In this document: one piece after another, positions 37,940 through 48,073 of the stretch | Layout of the letters: every line of letters starts with the position of its first letter | Position numbering within the stretch: position 1 is the stretch's first letter | DNA from: Myxococcales bacterium | GTDB lineage: Bacteria; Myxococcota; Myxococcia; Myxococcales; 40CM-4-68-19 | DNA: 58,046 nt | Assembly (NCBI GenBank): GCA_045802855.1 | Contig: JBJMQD010000036.1 | Coordinates: 1 to 58,046, forward strand | Direction of reading: 5' to 3' | Notes under the pieces: model-generated | What the model was told of the DNA's origin: nothing | The model's input: the letters and a program-made list of their open reading frames with translations, nothing else | Databases searched by the model: none | Translations under genes and position numbers: made by a program

Positions 37940-39283
37940 TTGAAGCTCACCGCCCCCCACGTCGAAACCGCGATCCCCGGTCCGCGCAGTCAGGCGATCG
38001 TCGCGAAGGAGCAGCAGCATCTCGCACCCGGCCTGCAGGGCTTCGCCCTGACGAGCGGCATCGCGGTCGAGCGGGCGGAAGGGTCCGTCATCGAAGACGC
38101 CGACGGGAACCGCTTCGTCGACCTGATCGGCGGCATCGGCACGAATTCGCTCGGACATTGCCATCCCGCCTATCGCGAGGCGCTCCACGCGCAGGTCGAG
38201 AAGGCGACAGTGGGCTCGTTCACCTCGCAGGCCCGGGCAGACCTCATCTCCGAGGTCGCGGAAATCGCTCCGAAGGGCGTCGACCGCCTGCAGCTCTACT
38301 CGAGCGGCGCCGAGGCCGTGGAAAGCGCCTTCCGCCTGGCCAAGAACGCCACGGGCAAGTTCGAAGTAGCCGGGTTCTGGGGCGGGTTCCACGGCAAGAC
38401 GATGGGGACCCTCGCCGTCAACGGAGCGGGCAACCAGAGGACGTACGGCCCCGTACCTCCCGGCCATGTCCTGCCGTACGCGAACTGCTATCGCTGCCCG
38501 CTCGGGCTTGCCTACCCGTCCTGCGACGTCGCCTGCGCGGACCTCGCGCGCAAGCAACTCGAGCATCAGACTACGGGCTCATTGGCAGCCGTCATCGTGG
38601 AGCCCATGCAAGGAACCGCCGGAAACGTCATCCCGCCGCCGGAGTTCGTCGCACGGATGCAGACGATGGCGAAAGACCACGGCGCGCTCTTCATCGCCGA
38701 CGAGATGATCACGGGCTTCGGCCGCACCGGGCGCTGGTTCGCTTCGGAGCGCAGCGGCGTCGTGCCCGACCTCGTCACCCTCGGGAAGGGTTTCGGGTCC
38801 GGCTTTCCCATCAGCGGCGTCCTCGGCAACCGCGACGTGGTACAGGCGAAGCCGTGGGCGAACCCGAGCGGATCTTCTTCCAGCTACGGCGGAAACCCGC
38901 TTGCTGCCGCCGCCGCTCTCGCCACCATCCGGACCCTGAAGCGCGAGAACGTGTTCGCGAACGTCAAGCGCGTCGGCGCCGCCATGCTGGCGGAGCTGCG
39001 CACCTGGCCGGACCGGCTGCGCTGGGTGGGGGACGTTCGGGGCGAGGGCCTGTTCCTCGGCATCGAGCTCGTGCAGGATCGCAAGTCGAAAGAGCCGCTC
39101 GCGAAGAACGTCTGTCAGGAGATCTTCCGGGAAGGCCTTTCCAGGGGGCTCCTGGCGATGAGCTACACCCACGCCATCCGGCTGCAGCCCGCCCTCACCA
39201 TCGAGGAAGATCTCGCTCTACAAGGACTGGCCCTCTTGCGGGAGGCAATCGCGGCGGTCGCTCGTCGCCACGGAGCTGGATGA
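37940..39283 (+). CDS. Class III (PLP-dependent) aminotransferase
   Basis: GGIGTNSLGHCHP, GAEAVESA, FIADEMITGFGRTG and TLGKGFG (PLP Lys) motifs. TTG 37940 has GAGGGA upstream. Confidence 0.85.
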   Translation: MKLTAPHVETAIPGPRSQAIVAKEQQHLAPGLQGFALTSGIAVERAEGSVIEDADGNRFVDLIGGIGTNSLGHCHPAYREALHAQVEKATVGSFTSQARADLISEVAEIAPKGVDRLQLYSSGAEAVESAFRLAKNATGKFEVAGFWGGFHGKTMGTLAVNGAGNQRTYGPVPPGHVLPYANCYRCPLGLAYPSCDVACADLARKQLEHQTTGSLAAVIVEPMQGTAGNVIPPPEFVARMQTMAKDHGALFIADEMITGFGRTGRWFASERSGVVPDLVTLGKGFGSGFPISGVLGNRDVVQAKPWANPSGSSSSYGGNPLAAAAALATIRTLKRENVFANVKRVGAAMLAELRTWPDRLRWVGDVRGEGLFLGIELVQDRKSKEPLAKNVCQEIFREGLSRGLLAMSYTHAIRLQPALTIEEDLALQGLALLREAIAAVARRHGAG

Positions 39284-41943
39284 CGCCTGTACGCGACAGC
39301 GGCCCCCGGAAGGGAGACCGCTTCTGGGACAGGCTCTCGGCCGCGTCGGTCGAGCGGCCCTGGGCGCTGATCGCTTGCGGCGCGGCGCTCTTCCTCCTCT
39401 CCATGCCCTTCGCCGTGCGCCTTTACGGCGACCTTCGCACCGACCTCCGGGAGCTTCTCCCGCAAGGCGCGCCCGCCGCCGTCGGCCTGCAGGAGCTGGA
39501 GAAGCGGATCGGCGGGCTCGCCTCGCTCGCGGTGGTGGTCCGGACGGACGACCTCAAGGCGGGAGAGCGGTTCGTCGACGCGCTCGCTGCGAGCCTTCGC
39601 GCGCTGCCCTCGTCGATGGTGTCTGGCGTCTTCTATCGCATCGACGAGGAGCGCGACTTCTTCGAGGCGCACGGGGCGCTCTACGCGGAAGAGAAGGACC
39701 TCGTCCAGGTGCGCGACGCGCTCGTCGCCCGCAAGACAGAGGCCACCCGCAAGGCAAATCCGCTGGTCGTCGATCTGGACGAGGAGGAGCCGGCGAAGGC
39801 CGACGAGAAACCGGCCGCGGCCGATCAGGCAGCGCTCGACGGCGGCCTGCAGCGGCTGCGCGCCGCGTTCAGCAAGGTCGACCACTACATCGACGGGTAT
39901 CTCGCGGGCGAGGGCGGACGGACTCTCATCGTCCTGGTCAAGCCGCCGGGTTCCGCGGTGAGCCTCGACGACAACCAGCGCCTCTTCGGCACCGTCGAGA
40001 CGATGGTCAAGGAACTGAAGCCGGCGAGCTTCCATCCCAGCATCCGCATCGGGTACGGCGGCGAGGTCCGCAGCGTCATCGAGGCGCAAGAGGCGCTCGT
40101 GCGGGACCTCCTCGTCTCCACCATCCTGGTTCTCAGCACGGTCGCGGTTGCGCTGCTCCTCTACTACCGCGCCTGGCGCGCCATCCCGCTCCTCGTCCTG
40201 CCGCTCTTCGCGGGCGTCGCGGGAACCTTCGCCCTCTCGCGCGGCGTCATCCACTACCTGAACCCGAACACGGCGTTCCTCGGGAGCATCATCATCGGGA
40301 ACGGCATCAACGCCGGGATCATCCTCCTCGCCCGCTACTTCGAGGAGCGCAGGCGAGGCGCAAGCGTCGACATCGCGCTCCCCATCGCCCTCAAGACCAC
40401 CTGGCTGGGAACGTTCGCGGCGAGTGCCGCGGCCGCGGCGAGCTACGGTTCGCTCGGAGCGGTGAGCTTCCGCGGGTTCAACCAGTTCGGCTTCATGGGT
40501 CTCGCCGGCATGCTCATCTGCTGGGTGACGACGTACCTCTTGATGCCCCCGCTCATCGCAGTCGCCGAACGGGTGCGCCCGCTCCGGGAGCGCCGCCGGT
40601 CGCGGATCACCGGCTGGGTCGCGGCGCCCTACGCGCGGATGCTCACCACGTATCCCCGCAGCGCGGTGATCGCGTCGCTGGTATTGACCGCGCTGGCCGT
40701 CGTGGGCCTCGTCCGCTTCGCCCGCGAACCCATCGACTACGACTTCCGCCACCTCGGCAGCCGCGCGGGGCTCAAGGACGGTGCCGCGTTCTGGGACAGC
40801 CACGTCGACGCGGTGCTCCAGTCGTACCAGACGCCGACCGTGGTGATGACGGAGTCGACGCAGAAGGCGCAGACGGTAGCGTCTGCGCTCGAGGCCGCGA
40901 AGGAGAATCCGGCCTCTCTCGGCGACGTCGCCGGCCTTTCCGACGACGCCCGCAAGAGCGCGGCGGAGACGATCGATTCCGTCTCCACGCTGCAGAAGCT
41001 CGTTCCCGACCACCAGCAGCGCAAGATCGATCTGCTCCAGGAGATCTTCCGCATCGTCGCGCCCCCCGCGGGCAGCCCCGGGCTCATCGATGCCCGGGTC
41101 CTGAAGGCGCTGCCCGAAGACCTTCGCCCGACCTTGCTGCGACTGCGGGAGAAGACGAAGCTCGTCCCGGTCTCGCTCGCGGACGTGCCGCGGCGGCTCG
41201 TGCAGCCGTTCGTCGAGCGGGACGGTCACCGCGGGCGACTCGTGCTCGTCTATCCGACGCTGGAGACGGATTCCAAGCACGGCCGCGCTCAGATCCTGCA
41301 CGCGAAGCTCGTGCGCGGCGTGGCGTCGAAAGTCGACCCGGGGTCCCTGGTAGCGGGTCAGATCGTGCTCACGAGCGACATCATCGACGCCATCACCGGC
41401 GACGGCGGGTTCGCGGCCCTGTTGAGCTTCGTCGCGGTCGCCGTCCTCACCATCGTTGTGATGCGGTCGCTTCGCGGCGCTTCCTGGGTGCTCGGATCGC
41501 TCTGTCTCGGGGTCCTCGGAATGTTCGGCGCCCTGGGAGCCCTCTCGTTGCGACTCAACTTCGTCAACTTCGCCGTCCTCCCCATCACCTTCGGGATCGG
41601 CGTCGATTACGCAGTGAACTTCTACCAGCGATATCGACAATCCGATTGCGTCGAGGATGCCGTCGCCGCCGCCGGCGGCGCCGTGACGCTCTGCTCGGCG
41701 ACGACGATCATCGGCTACGCCACCCTGGTCACCGCCGACAACATGGCCATCCAATCCTTCGGCCTCACGGCGGTGATCGGCGAGCTCACCTGCTTGTCCG
41801 CGGCGCTCTTCGCGCTTCCCGCCCTTCTTGCCTTCGGCGATCGGCGGCGCACCGACCGTGCGCCGGAGGCGCCGCGAGTCGCTCCCACGCCCGCTCCGGC
41901 CGCCCTTCCCGCCGAGCCGCGACGCGAGGCGCAGGGGCTGTGA
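39280..41943 (+). CDS. MMPL/RND-superfamily transporter (HpnN-like architecture)
   Basis: 887 aa, with two blocks of about 6 TM helices, each preceded by a large soluble loop. ATG 39280 overlaps the aminotransferase stop as ATGA. Confidence 0.8.
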   Translation: MTPVRDSGPRKGDRFWDRLSAASVERPWALIACGAALFLLSMPFAVRLYGDLRTDLRELLPQGAPAAVGLQELEKRIGGLASLAVVVRTDDLKAGERFVDALAASLRALPSSMVSGVFYRIDEERDFFEAHGALYAEEKDLVQVRDALVARKTEATRKANPLVVDLDEEEPAKADEKPAAADQAALDGGLQRLRAAFSKVDHYIDGYLAGEGGRTLIVLVKPPGSAVSLDDNQRLFGTVETMVKELKPASFHPSIRIGYGGEVRSVIEAQEALVRDLLVSTILVLSTVAVALLLYYRAWRAIPLLVLPLFAGVAGTFALSRGVIHYLNPNTAFLGSIIIGNGINAGIILLARYFEERRRGASVDIALPIALKTTWLGTFAASAAAAASYGSLGAVSFRGFNQFGFMGLAGMLICWVTTYLLMPPLIAVAERVRPLRERRRSRITGWVAAPYARMLTTYPRSAVIASLVLTALAVVGLVRFAREPIDYDFRHLGSRAGLKDGAAFWDSHVDAVLQSYQTPTVVMTESTQKAQTVASALEAAKENPASLGDVAGLSDDARKSAAETIDSVSTLQKLVPDHQQRKIDLLQEIFRIVAPPAGSPGLIDARVLKALPEDLRPTLLRLREKTKLVPVSLADVPRRLVQPFVERDGHRGRLVLVYPTLETDSKHGRAQILHAKLVRGVASKVDPGSLVAGQIVLTSDIIDAITGDGGFAALLSFVAVAVLTIVVMRSLRGASWVLGSLCLGVLGMFGALGALSLRLNFVNFAVLPITFGIGVDYAVNFYQRYRQSDCVEDAVAAAGGAVTLCSATTIIGYATLVTADNMAIQSFGLTAVIGELTCLSAALFALPALLAFGDRRRTDRAPEAPRVAPTPAPAALPAEPRREAQGL

Positions 41944-42905
41944 AAGCGCTGGGACTGCGGGACCGCGCCCTTACGGCTCGGCGCGCGCATCCCTTCTTCC
42001 GCATCGGCGTCCCGCTGTTCTCCTTGATCTTCCTTCTGACGATGAAGGCGCTCGGAGGGCTCGGGCCGGAGCACGTCGCGTTCGTCGTCCTCCTGCTCGG
42101 GTTCGCCTTCTGGTCCGACAAAAGCCGCAGGATCGCTCGCGTCGTCTATCCGTTCCTCCTCTGGGCGCTCGTCTACGATTCGATGCGCTGGTACGAAGAC
42201 TTCATCCGCTCGCCGGTCATCCACGTCCGCGAGCCGTACGCGTTCGATCTGCGCTTCTTCGGGATCCATACCCCGCAGGGCATCCTCACTCCGAACGAGT
42301 GGCTGCAGATCCACACCAGCAAGGCGCTCGACCTCGTCTGCGGGCTCGCCTACACGCCGTTCTTCTTCATCGGGGAATCGATAATTCTCGCGCTCTACTT
42401 GTTTGCCAAAGGGCAGAGCCGGCTTGCCGAGCGATTCGCCTGGGTATTCGCCTGCGCGAACTTCCTCGGGTTCAGCCTCTACTACATCTACCCGGCGGCG
42501 CCCCCCTGGTACGTCGCGGCCCACGGGTTCCTGCCCGACCTCTCCGTGCGCGCGTCGCCCGCGGGGGCCATCCGTTTCGACCAGCTCGTCGGGCTGCCCA
42601 TCATGCAGGGCTTCTACGGAAAGAGCGCGGACGTCTTCGGCGCGATTCCCAGCCTCCACGTCGTGTACCCTTTGCTGGCGCTCATCTACGGATTCCACCT
42701 GCCCCGTTTCCGCGTCGTGGCCGTCTTCTATTTCCTGCTCGTTTGCTTCAGCGCCGTGTATTTGAACCACCATTACCTGCTCGATCTGCTGGTGGGATAC
42801 ACCGACGCGCTTCTGGTGATGGCGGCCTTTCGCCTCTCGCTCGGACCGGTGGTTCCCGCGAGCGAGCCCTCTGCGGAACCGGAGCCCGATCGCGTTCCCG
42901 CTTAG
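41940..42905 (+). CDS. PAP2-superfamily lipid phosphotransferase (Aur1/IPC-synthase / sphingomyelin-synthase-like)
   Basis: A polytopic membrane protein with IPSLHV and NHHYLLDLLVG (H-x3-D) motifs of the LPT/Aur1 type. GTG 41940 overlaps the MMPL stop as GTGA. Confidence 0.7.
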   Translation: MKALGLRDRALTARRAHPFFRIGVPLFSLIFLLTMKALGGLGPEHVAFVVLLLGFAFWSDKSRRIARVVYPFLLWALVYDSMRWYEDFIRSPVIHVREPYAFDLRFFGIHTPQGILTPNEWLQIHTSKALDLVCGLAYTPFFFIGESIILALYLFAKGQSRLAERFAWVFACANFLGFSLYYIYPAAPPWYVAAHGFLPDLSVRASPAGAIRFDQLVGLPIMQGFYGKSADVFGAIPSLHVVYPLLALIYGFHLPRFRVVAVFYFLLVCFSAVYLNHHYLLDLLVGYTDALLVMAAFRLSLGPVVPASEPSAEPEPDRVPA

Positions 42906-43984
42906 TGCCTCGACGCGGCGCGCTGGGCGTCTTTGCCGGTGGCCTGCTCGAGCGTGAGGCCGTCCCGCTCCAGCAGGTTTGCGAGGCCGCTCTCGATCCG
43001 CCGCGGTAGCGACGGCCCCTCGTAGACGAACGCGGTGTAGATCTGCACGAGGCTCGCTCCTGCCCGGATCCGCCGGTACGCGTCCTCCGCGGATCCGATC
43101 CCGCCCACGCCCACGATGGGAGTCTTTCCCCGCGTGCGCAGGTACAGACGCGCGCAGACCCGTTCGGCGCGGGTACGGAGCGGCAGGCCCGAAAGACCGC
43201 CCGACTCGCCGGCCGAAGGCTCCGAGTCGACGCCTGCCCGCGAGAGCGTCGTGTTGGTGGCGATGAGCCCGTCGGCGCCGGCGGAGACCGCGGCCGCTGC
43301 CATGGCGTCGAGGGCGTCGTCGGGCTCGTCGGGCGAAAGCTTCACCAGGATCGGTACCCGGCGCCCGTTCGCGGCAGCGAGAGCGTCGCGATCCCTGGTG
43401 AGGGTCTCGAGGAGCCGGCCGAGCGCGTCGGCGGACTGCAGCGCGCGGAGGCCGGGGGTATTCGGGCTCGAGACGTTCACCGCGACGTAATCGGCCCGCG
43501 GCGCGAGCGCACGGAACGCCGCCAGATAATCGTCCGCCGCGCGCTCGTTGGGGGTCGCCTTGTTCCGTCCGATGTTGATGCCCACCGGGCCCGGCTGGGG
43601 CGGAAGAGCCGCGAGCCGCGCCGCGACCGCCGCGGCTCCTTCGTTGTTGAAGCCCATCCGGTTGATGAGCGCTGCCTGCGCGGGCAGCCGGAAAAGCCGT
43701 GGCCGCTCGTTCCCGGGCTGCGGGAGCGGCGTGATCGTTCCCACCTCGACGAATCCGAAACCGAGCCGGAACCATGCCGGGACGAGGACCCTTCCTTTGT
43801 CCATCCCCGCGGCGAGCCCGATCGGTGAGGGAAAACGCAGCCCGAATAGTGTGCGGGCGAGCGGCCGATGCCGCGGCGGGCTCCCCGGGAGCCTCGTCCA
43901 GATACCCAGCAGGGCGGCCGCAAGCTCGTGGGCCCGCTCGGGGCCGAGGGCGAAGAGGAGCGGCCGTATCAGCCGGTACACCAA
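42902..43984 (-). CDS. pyrD: Dihydroorotate dehydrogenase (quinone), class 2
   Basis: PERAHE, GFGFVEVGTITP, NRMGFNN, NVSSPNTPGLR and GVGGI motifs. Confidence 0.93.
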   Translation of the reverse strand: MVYRLIRPLLFALGPERAHELAAALLGIWTRLPGSPPRHRPLARTLFGLRFPSPIGLAAGMDKGRVLVPAWFRLGFGFVEVGTITPLPQPGNERPRLFRLPAQAALINRMGFNNEGAAAVAARLAALPPQPGPVGINIGRNKATPNERAADDYLAAFRALAPRADYVAVNVSSPNTPGLRALQSADALGRLLETLTRDRDALAAANGRRVPILVKLSPDEPDDALDAMAAAAVSAGADGLIATNTTLSRAGVDSEPSAGESGGLSGLPLRTRAERVCARLYLRTRGKTPIVGVGGIGSAEDAYRRIRAGASLVQIYTAFVYEGPSLPRRIESGLANLLERDGLTLEQATGKDAQRAASRH

Positions 43985-44062
43985 GGCACACTACCTCGAC
44001 AGCGCATCTCATGAGACGCGCTCCGCGGATCGTGGTTGCGTGGGTTCGTGCGCGCCGCGACA

Positions 44063-45076
44063 ATGAACGGCTTGGACGTGGACTCCGGACAACGGCCGCT
44101 CGCGGCCCCGCCGCAAGGAACCCAGGATCTCCTCTTCGAGGCGGCGCGGCGGCTGCGCCGGTGCGAGGCGGCGCTCGCCCGTTTCTTCGAGGAGCGTGGC
44201 TTCGCGGAAGTGATCCCGCCCGCCCTGGAAGCGGCCGAAGTGTTCGCTCTCGCCTCCCCGCACGGAGAAACCGGTGCCCTTCGCGCGGTGGACCGACACG
44301 GCCATCTCCTCGCCGTGCGCGCCGACTTCACGGCGCAGGTCGCGCGCATCGCCGCCACCCGCCTCGCCCGCGTGAGTCCTTTGCGGCTCTACTACCGGGG
44401 GAGCGTCATCCGCGAGACCGCCGCTGAGACGGGCACCGCGCGAGAGCGGCTGCAGGCCGGATGCGAGCTCGTCGGCGTCGAAGGGCCGGAAGCGGACGCG
44501 GAGATGCTGGAGCTCGCGGCACGTTCGCTCCACGTGCTCGGGCTCGCGCCGGACAGCGCGCGGATCGCCGTGGGGAACGTCGACTACTTCTCCGCGCTGA
44601 TCGAGGCGGCAGGCGTGTCCCCCCGGCTCGCGCGCTCCCTGACCGACGCGATCGATCGGAAGGACCTGTCCACCCTCGCGGCGCTGTGCACGAGGGAAAT
44701 CGAGGCTGGCAAGGCGCGCGACGCGATCCTGATGCTCGCTCAGCCGCCGAGGCCCGAGCGGGAGGCGGGCGCCTTGCTCCAGCGGGCGCGCGACGTCGCT
44801 CCGTCTTCCCGTGCCGTGGCCGCGCTCGACCGGCTGGCGAAGGTGCTCGCCGGAGCACGCGCCATCGCCGGCGACCTGGAGGTCGATCTGGGGGAAGTGC
44901 GCGGGCTCGGCTACTACACCGGTCTCGTCTTCAACCTGTACGCGTCCGGCGCGCCGCGGGCGGTCGGCGGTGGGGGGCGGTACGACGGTCTGCTCGGGAA
45001 ATTCGGCGACCCGCGCCCTGCCGTCGGGTTCTCGCTCGATCTCGACGCTCTCGTTCCCCTGGCGAGTCCGGCATGA
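44063..45076 (+). CDS. hisZ: ATP phosphoribosyltransferase regulatory subunit
   Basis: A HisRS-like core without an anticodon domain (RLYYRGSVIR, GCELVG, GLGYYTGLVF, GGGRYD), located directly upstream of a short-form hisG. Confidence 0.85.
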   Translation: MNGLDVDSGQRPLAAPPQGTQDLLFEAARRLRRCEAALARFFEERGFAEVIPPALEAAEVFALASPHGETGALRAVDRHGHLLAVRADFTAQVARIAATRLARVSPLRLYYRGSVIRETAAETGTARERLQAGCELVGVEGPEADAEMLELAARSLHVLGLAPDSARIAVGNVDYFSALIEAAGVSPRLARSLTDAIDRKDLSTLAALCTREIEAGKARDAILMLAQPPRPEREAGALLQRARDVAPSSRAVAALDRLAKVLAGARAIAGDLEVDLGEVRGLGYYTGLVFNLYASGAPRAVGGGGRYDGLLGKFGDPRPAVGFSLDLDALVPLASPA

Positions 45077-45714
45077 TCACCGTCGCTCTCCCCAAGGGCC
45101 GTACCTTGCGTGCGACGCTCGAGCGGTTCGCGAAAGCCGGCCTGCACCCCGAGGAAGACGTCTCGCGGACGCGGCGCCTCATCGTGCCGGCGCGGGGCGC
45201 CGACGCCCGCTTCGTCCTGCTCAAGGATCCGGACGTGCCGTTGTACGTCGAGCGCGGAGCCGCCGATCTCGGCGTCTGCGGCCTCGACCACCTGCTCGAA
45301 TCCGGAGCCGACGTGCTCTCTCCGCTCGATCTCGGATTCGGGAAATGCCGGCTGTGCCTCGCTGCGCCGCGCGGATCGGCGATCGCGCGCGGCTGGGCAT
45401 CCGGGGAAAGCGGCGCCGAGCCGGGACGGAGCCTGCGCGTCGCGACCAAGTATCCGGCGCTCGCCGCCCGCGCGTTCGCCCGGCGCGGAGTGCCGGTGGA
45501 TCTGGTTCGCCTGTCGGGCTCGGTCGAGCTTGCCGCGGTGGCGGGCCTCTCGGATGCCATCGTCGATCTCGTCGAGACCGGCCATACCCTCGAGGAGAAC
45601 GGACTCGTCCCGGTGGAAGACATCCTGCAGGTCAGCGCGCGGCTGGTGGTGAACCGGGCCGCGTATCGGCTCAAGATCGAGGAGCTTCTGCCGCTCCTGG
45701 AGCGGCTCTCGTGA
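45073..45714 (+). CDS. hisG: ATP phosphoribosyltransferase (short form)
   Basis: MITVALPKGR, DVPLYVERGAADLGVCG and DLVETGHTL motifs. It overlaps hisZ as ATGA. Confidence 0.92.
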   Translation: MITVALPKGRTLRATLERFAKAGLHPEEDVSRTRRLIVPARGADARFVLLKDPDVPLYVERGAADLGVCGLDHLLESGADVLSPLDLGFGKCRLCLAAPRGSAIARGWASGESGAEPGRSLRVATKYPALAARAFARRGVPVDLVRLSGSVELAAVAGLSDAIVDLVETGHTLEENGLVPVEDILQVSARLVVNRAAYRLKIEELLPLLERLS

Positions 45715-47006
45715 CCGGTTCGCTGCGGATCCTGGATCTGTCGGACGCCGCCCAGAGGGCCACGGCCGTCGACCTGCGCGCCTCGGCGACGACGAGCGCT
45801 GCGGTCGTCGAGGCGGTCTCGCGCATCGTCGCCGACGTTCGCAAGAGGGGCGATGCCGCCGTGCGAGAGCTGACCGCGCGCTACGACGGAGCCGACCTGG
45901 AAGATCCGTTCCTTTCCGTTGCCCAGTGGGACGCGCTCGCGGCGCGATGCTCGCCCGAGGTCCGGCAAGCGCTCGAGCGCGCGGCGGAGCGGGTGCGGAC
46001 GTTCCATGCGCCCGAGGTACCCGCGAGCTACGAGCAGCGGCTCGCGTCCGGCGCGGTCCTCCGCTCCCTCGCGATCCCGATGCAGCGCGCGGCCTGCTAC
46101 GTCCCCGGCGGCCGGGCGGCCTATCCGTCCACCGTCATCATGACCGCGGCGGTAGCGCGGCTCGCCGGCGTTCCCGACGTGATCGTGACGACGCCGCCGA
46201 AGCGCGACGGCTCGATTCCGGTGGAGGTCGCGGCAGCGGCGCGCATCGCGGGCGCGACGAGAATCCTTCGCGCCGGCGGAGCACAGGCCGTGGCGGCGCT
46301 CACCTTCGGCACCGGGCGGATCCCGCGGTGCGACGCGATCGTCGGCCCGGGAAATGCCTACGTGACGGAGGCGAAGCGCCAGCTCTCCGGAGAGGTGCGC
46401 ATCGACTCGCTGGCCGGGCCTACCGAGGTCGTGATCGTCGCCGACTCGACGGCCGACCCGCGCCACCTCGCCGCCGATCTCGTCGCGCAGGCGGAGCACG
46501 ATCCGCTCGCGCTCGCGCTGCTGGTGACGCCGGATCGGTCGCTCGCCACGCGCGTGTCAGAGGCGCTCGCGATCGAGCTGCGCGAGCGCCCCAACGCGAT
46601 CGCCTCGCAGGCGCTCGATGCCCGCGGGGCCGCCCTCCTCGTCCGCACGCTCGACGAGGCGCTCTCCTACGCGGACGACCTCGCCCCCGAGCACCTCGAG
46701 CTCGTCCTCCGCGATCCGCGGGCGGCTCTCGCGAAAGTCCCCCGGGCCGCCGCGGTGTTCCTCGGGCCCCATGCTCCGGTTCCGGTCGGCGATTATCTCG
46801 CCGGACCGAACCATACGCTTCCCACGGCGGGGACCGGCCGCTTCTCGTCGCCTCTCTCGGCGAGCGCGTTCGTCCGGCGGCAGAACGTCATCGAGTATTC
46901 CGCCGCGCAGCTCGCGGAGGACGCCCCCGCCATCCGCGCCCTCGCCACCGCCGAGGGGCTGCACGGCCACGCCAGATCCGTCGCCGTACGGGAGGAGAAA
47001 GCTTGA
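45711..47006 (+). CDS. hisD: Histidinol dehydrogenase
   Basis: YVPGG.AAYPS, GPGNAYV, AGPTEV and QAEHD motifs. It overlaps hisG as GTGA. Confidence 0.93.
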   Translation: MTGSLRILDLSDAAQRATAVDLRASATTSAAVVEAVSRIVADVRKRGDAAVRELTARYDGADLEDPFLSVAQWDALAARCSPEVRQALERAAERVRTFHAPEVPASYEQRLASGAVLRSLAIPMQRAACYVPGGRAAYPSTVIMTAAVARLAGVPDVIVTTPPKRDGSIPVEVAAAARIAGATRILRAGGAQAVAALTFGTGRIPRCDAIVGPGNAYVTEAKRQLSGEVRIDSLAGPTEVVIVADSTADPRHLAADLVAQAEHDPLALALLVTPDRSLATRVSEALAIELRERPNAIASQALDARGAALLVRTLDEALSYADDLAPEHLELVLRDPRAALAKVPRAAAVFLGPHAPVPVGDYLAGPNHTLPTAGTGRFSSPLSASAFVRRQNVIEYSAAQLAEDAPAIRALATAEGLHGHARSVAVREEKA

Positions 47007-48073
47007 GCGCTCCTCCGGAGAGCTTCATCCGCAAGACCGTCCGGCCGCTCGCGGCGTATGGGCCGCCCCGCGATCCGGCCCCGGTGCCGCTCCATTTGAA
47101 CGAGAGCCCGAACGACGTCCCCGAGGACGTGAAGCGCGCCCTCGTCGAGAAGCTCTTCCGCTCCGACTGGTCGAAGTACCCGATCACGGACGGCGCCCGC
47201 CTCTCCCGGACGCTCGCCGGGAACGCGGGCGTCGATCCCGCCGGGACGATGGTCGGGAATGGATCGAATGAGCTCCTCCAGCTCCTGCTCTTCGCCACTC
47301 TCGAGCCCGGAGATCGGGTGGTCGTCGGCGCGCCCTCCTTCGCTCTCTACGCGCTGCAGGCCCGGGCGCTCGGGGCCGAGGTGGTCGAGGTGCGGCTCCG
47401 CCAGGGCGACGGCTCCTTCCGCTTTCCCATCGACGAGATCGCCAAGGCGGCGCGCGGAGCGAAGGTCGTCCTCCTCGGCTCGCCCAACAACCCGACCGGG
47501 ACGACGATGACTGCGGCGGACGTCGAGCGGCTCGTCACCTCCTGCGACGCGCTGGTCGGGATCGACGAGGCTTACCGCGACTTCTGCGGGCAGGACTTCG
47601 CGCCGCTCCTCGCGAAGCATCCGCGGCTCGTCCTCTTCCGTACCTTCTCCAAGGCGTTCGCCGCCGCCTCGCTGCGCTGCGGCTCGCTGTTCGCGGCGCC
47701 GGCGCTCTGCGCGGAGCTGCGCAAGGTGCAGCTGCCTTACAACCTGAGCGCCCCGACCTGCCTCATCGCGGGAGAGCTCCTCGCCCGTCCCGAGCTCGTG
47801 GAGGAGCGCGCGCGACTGGTCGCGGCAGAGCGCGAGCGGATCGGCGGGGCCTTGCAGGACCGCGGTTGCACGGCGCATCCGTCGGGAGCGAACTTCATCC
47901 TCTTCGAGCAGGACGCGCGGCCCCCGCGCGAGCTGCACGCCGCCCTCTTCCGGCGCGGCGTCCTCATCCGCGACGTGTCGAGCGCAGAGGGCCTGGGCAG
48001 GGCCCTGCGAGTCAGCATCGGCGCGCGCGCGGCGAACGACGCGTTCCTCGCCGCCCTCGAGGCCGAGCTGTGA
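47003..48073 (+). CDS. hisC: Histidinol-phosphate aminotransferase
   Basis: LNESP, GNGSNELL, SPNNPTG, DEAY and TFSKAF (PLP Lys) motifs. TTG 47003 has GGAGGAG upstream and overlaps hisD as TTGA. Confidence 0.9.
   Translation: MSAPPESFIRKTVRPLAAYGPPRDPAPVPLHLNESPNDVPEDVKRALVEKLFRSDWSKYPITDGARLSRTLAGNAGVDPAGTMVGNGSNELLQLLLFATLEPGDRVVVGAPSFALYALQARALGAEVVEVRLRQGDGSFRFPIDEIAKAARGAKVVLLGSPNNPTGTTMTAADVERLVTSCDALVGIDEAYRDFCGQDFAPLLAKHPRLVLFRTFSKAFAAASLRCGSLFAAPALCAELRKVQLPYNLSAPTCLIAGELLARPELVEERARLVAAERERIGGALQDRGCTAHPSGANFILFEQDARPPRELHAALFRRGVLIRDVSSAEGLGRALRVSIGARAANDAFLAALEAEL

Noticed and set aside
43985-44062. Histidine leader peptide or attenuator upstream of hisZ.
   Set aside because: There is no run of His codons and no small ORF or terminator/antiterminator pair in the 78-nt divergent spacer.
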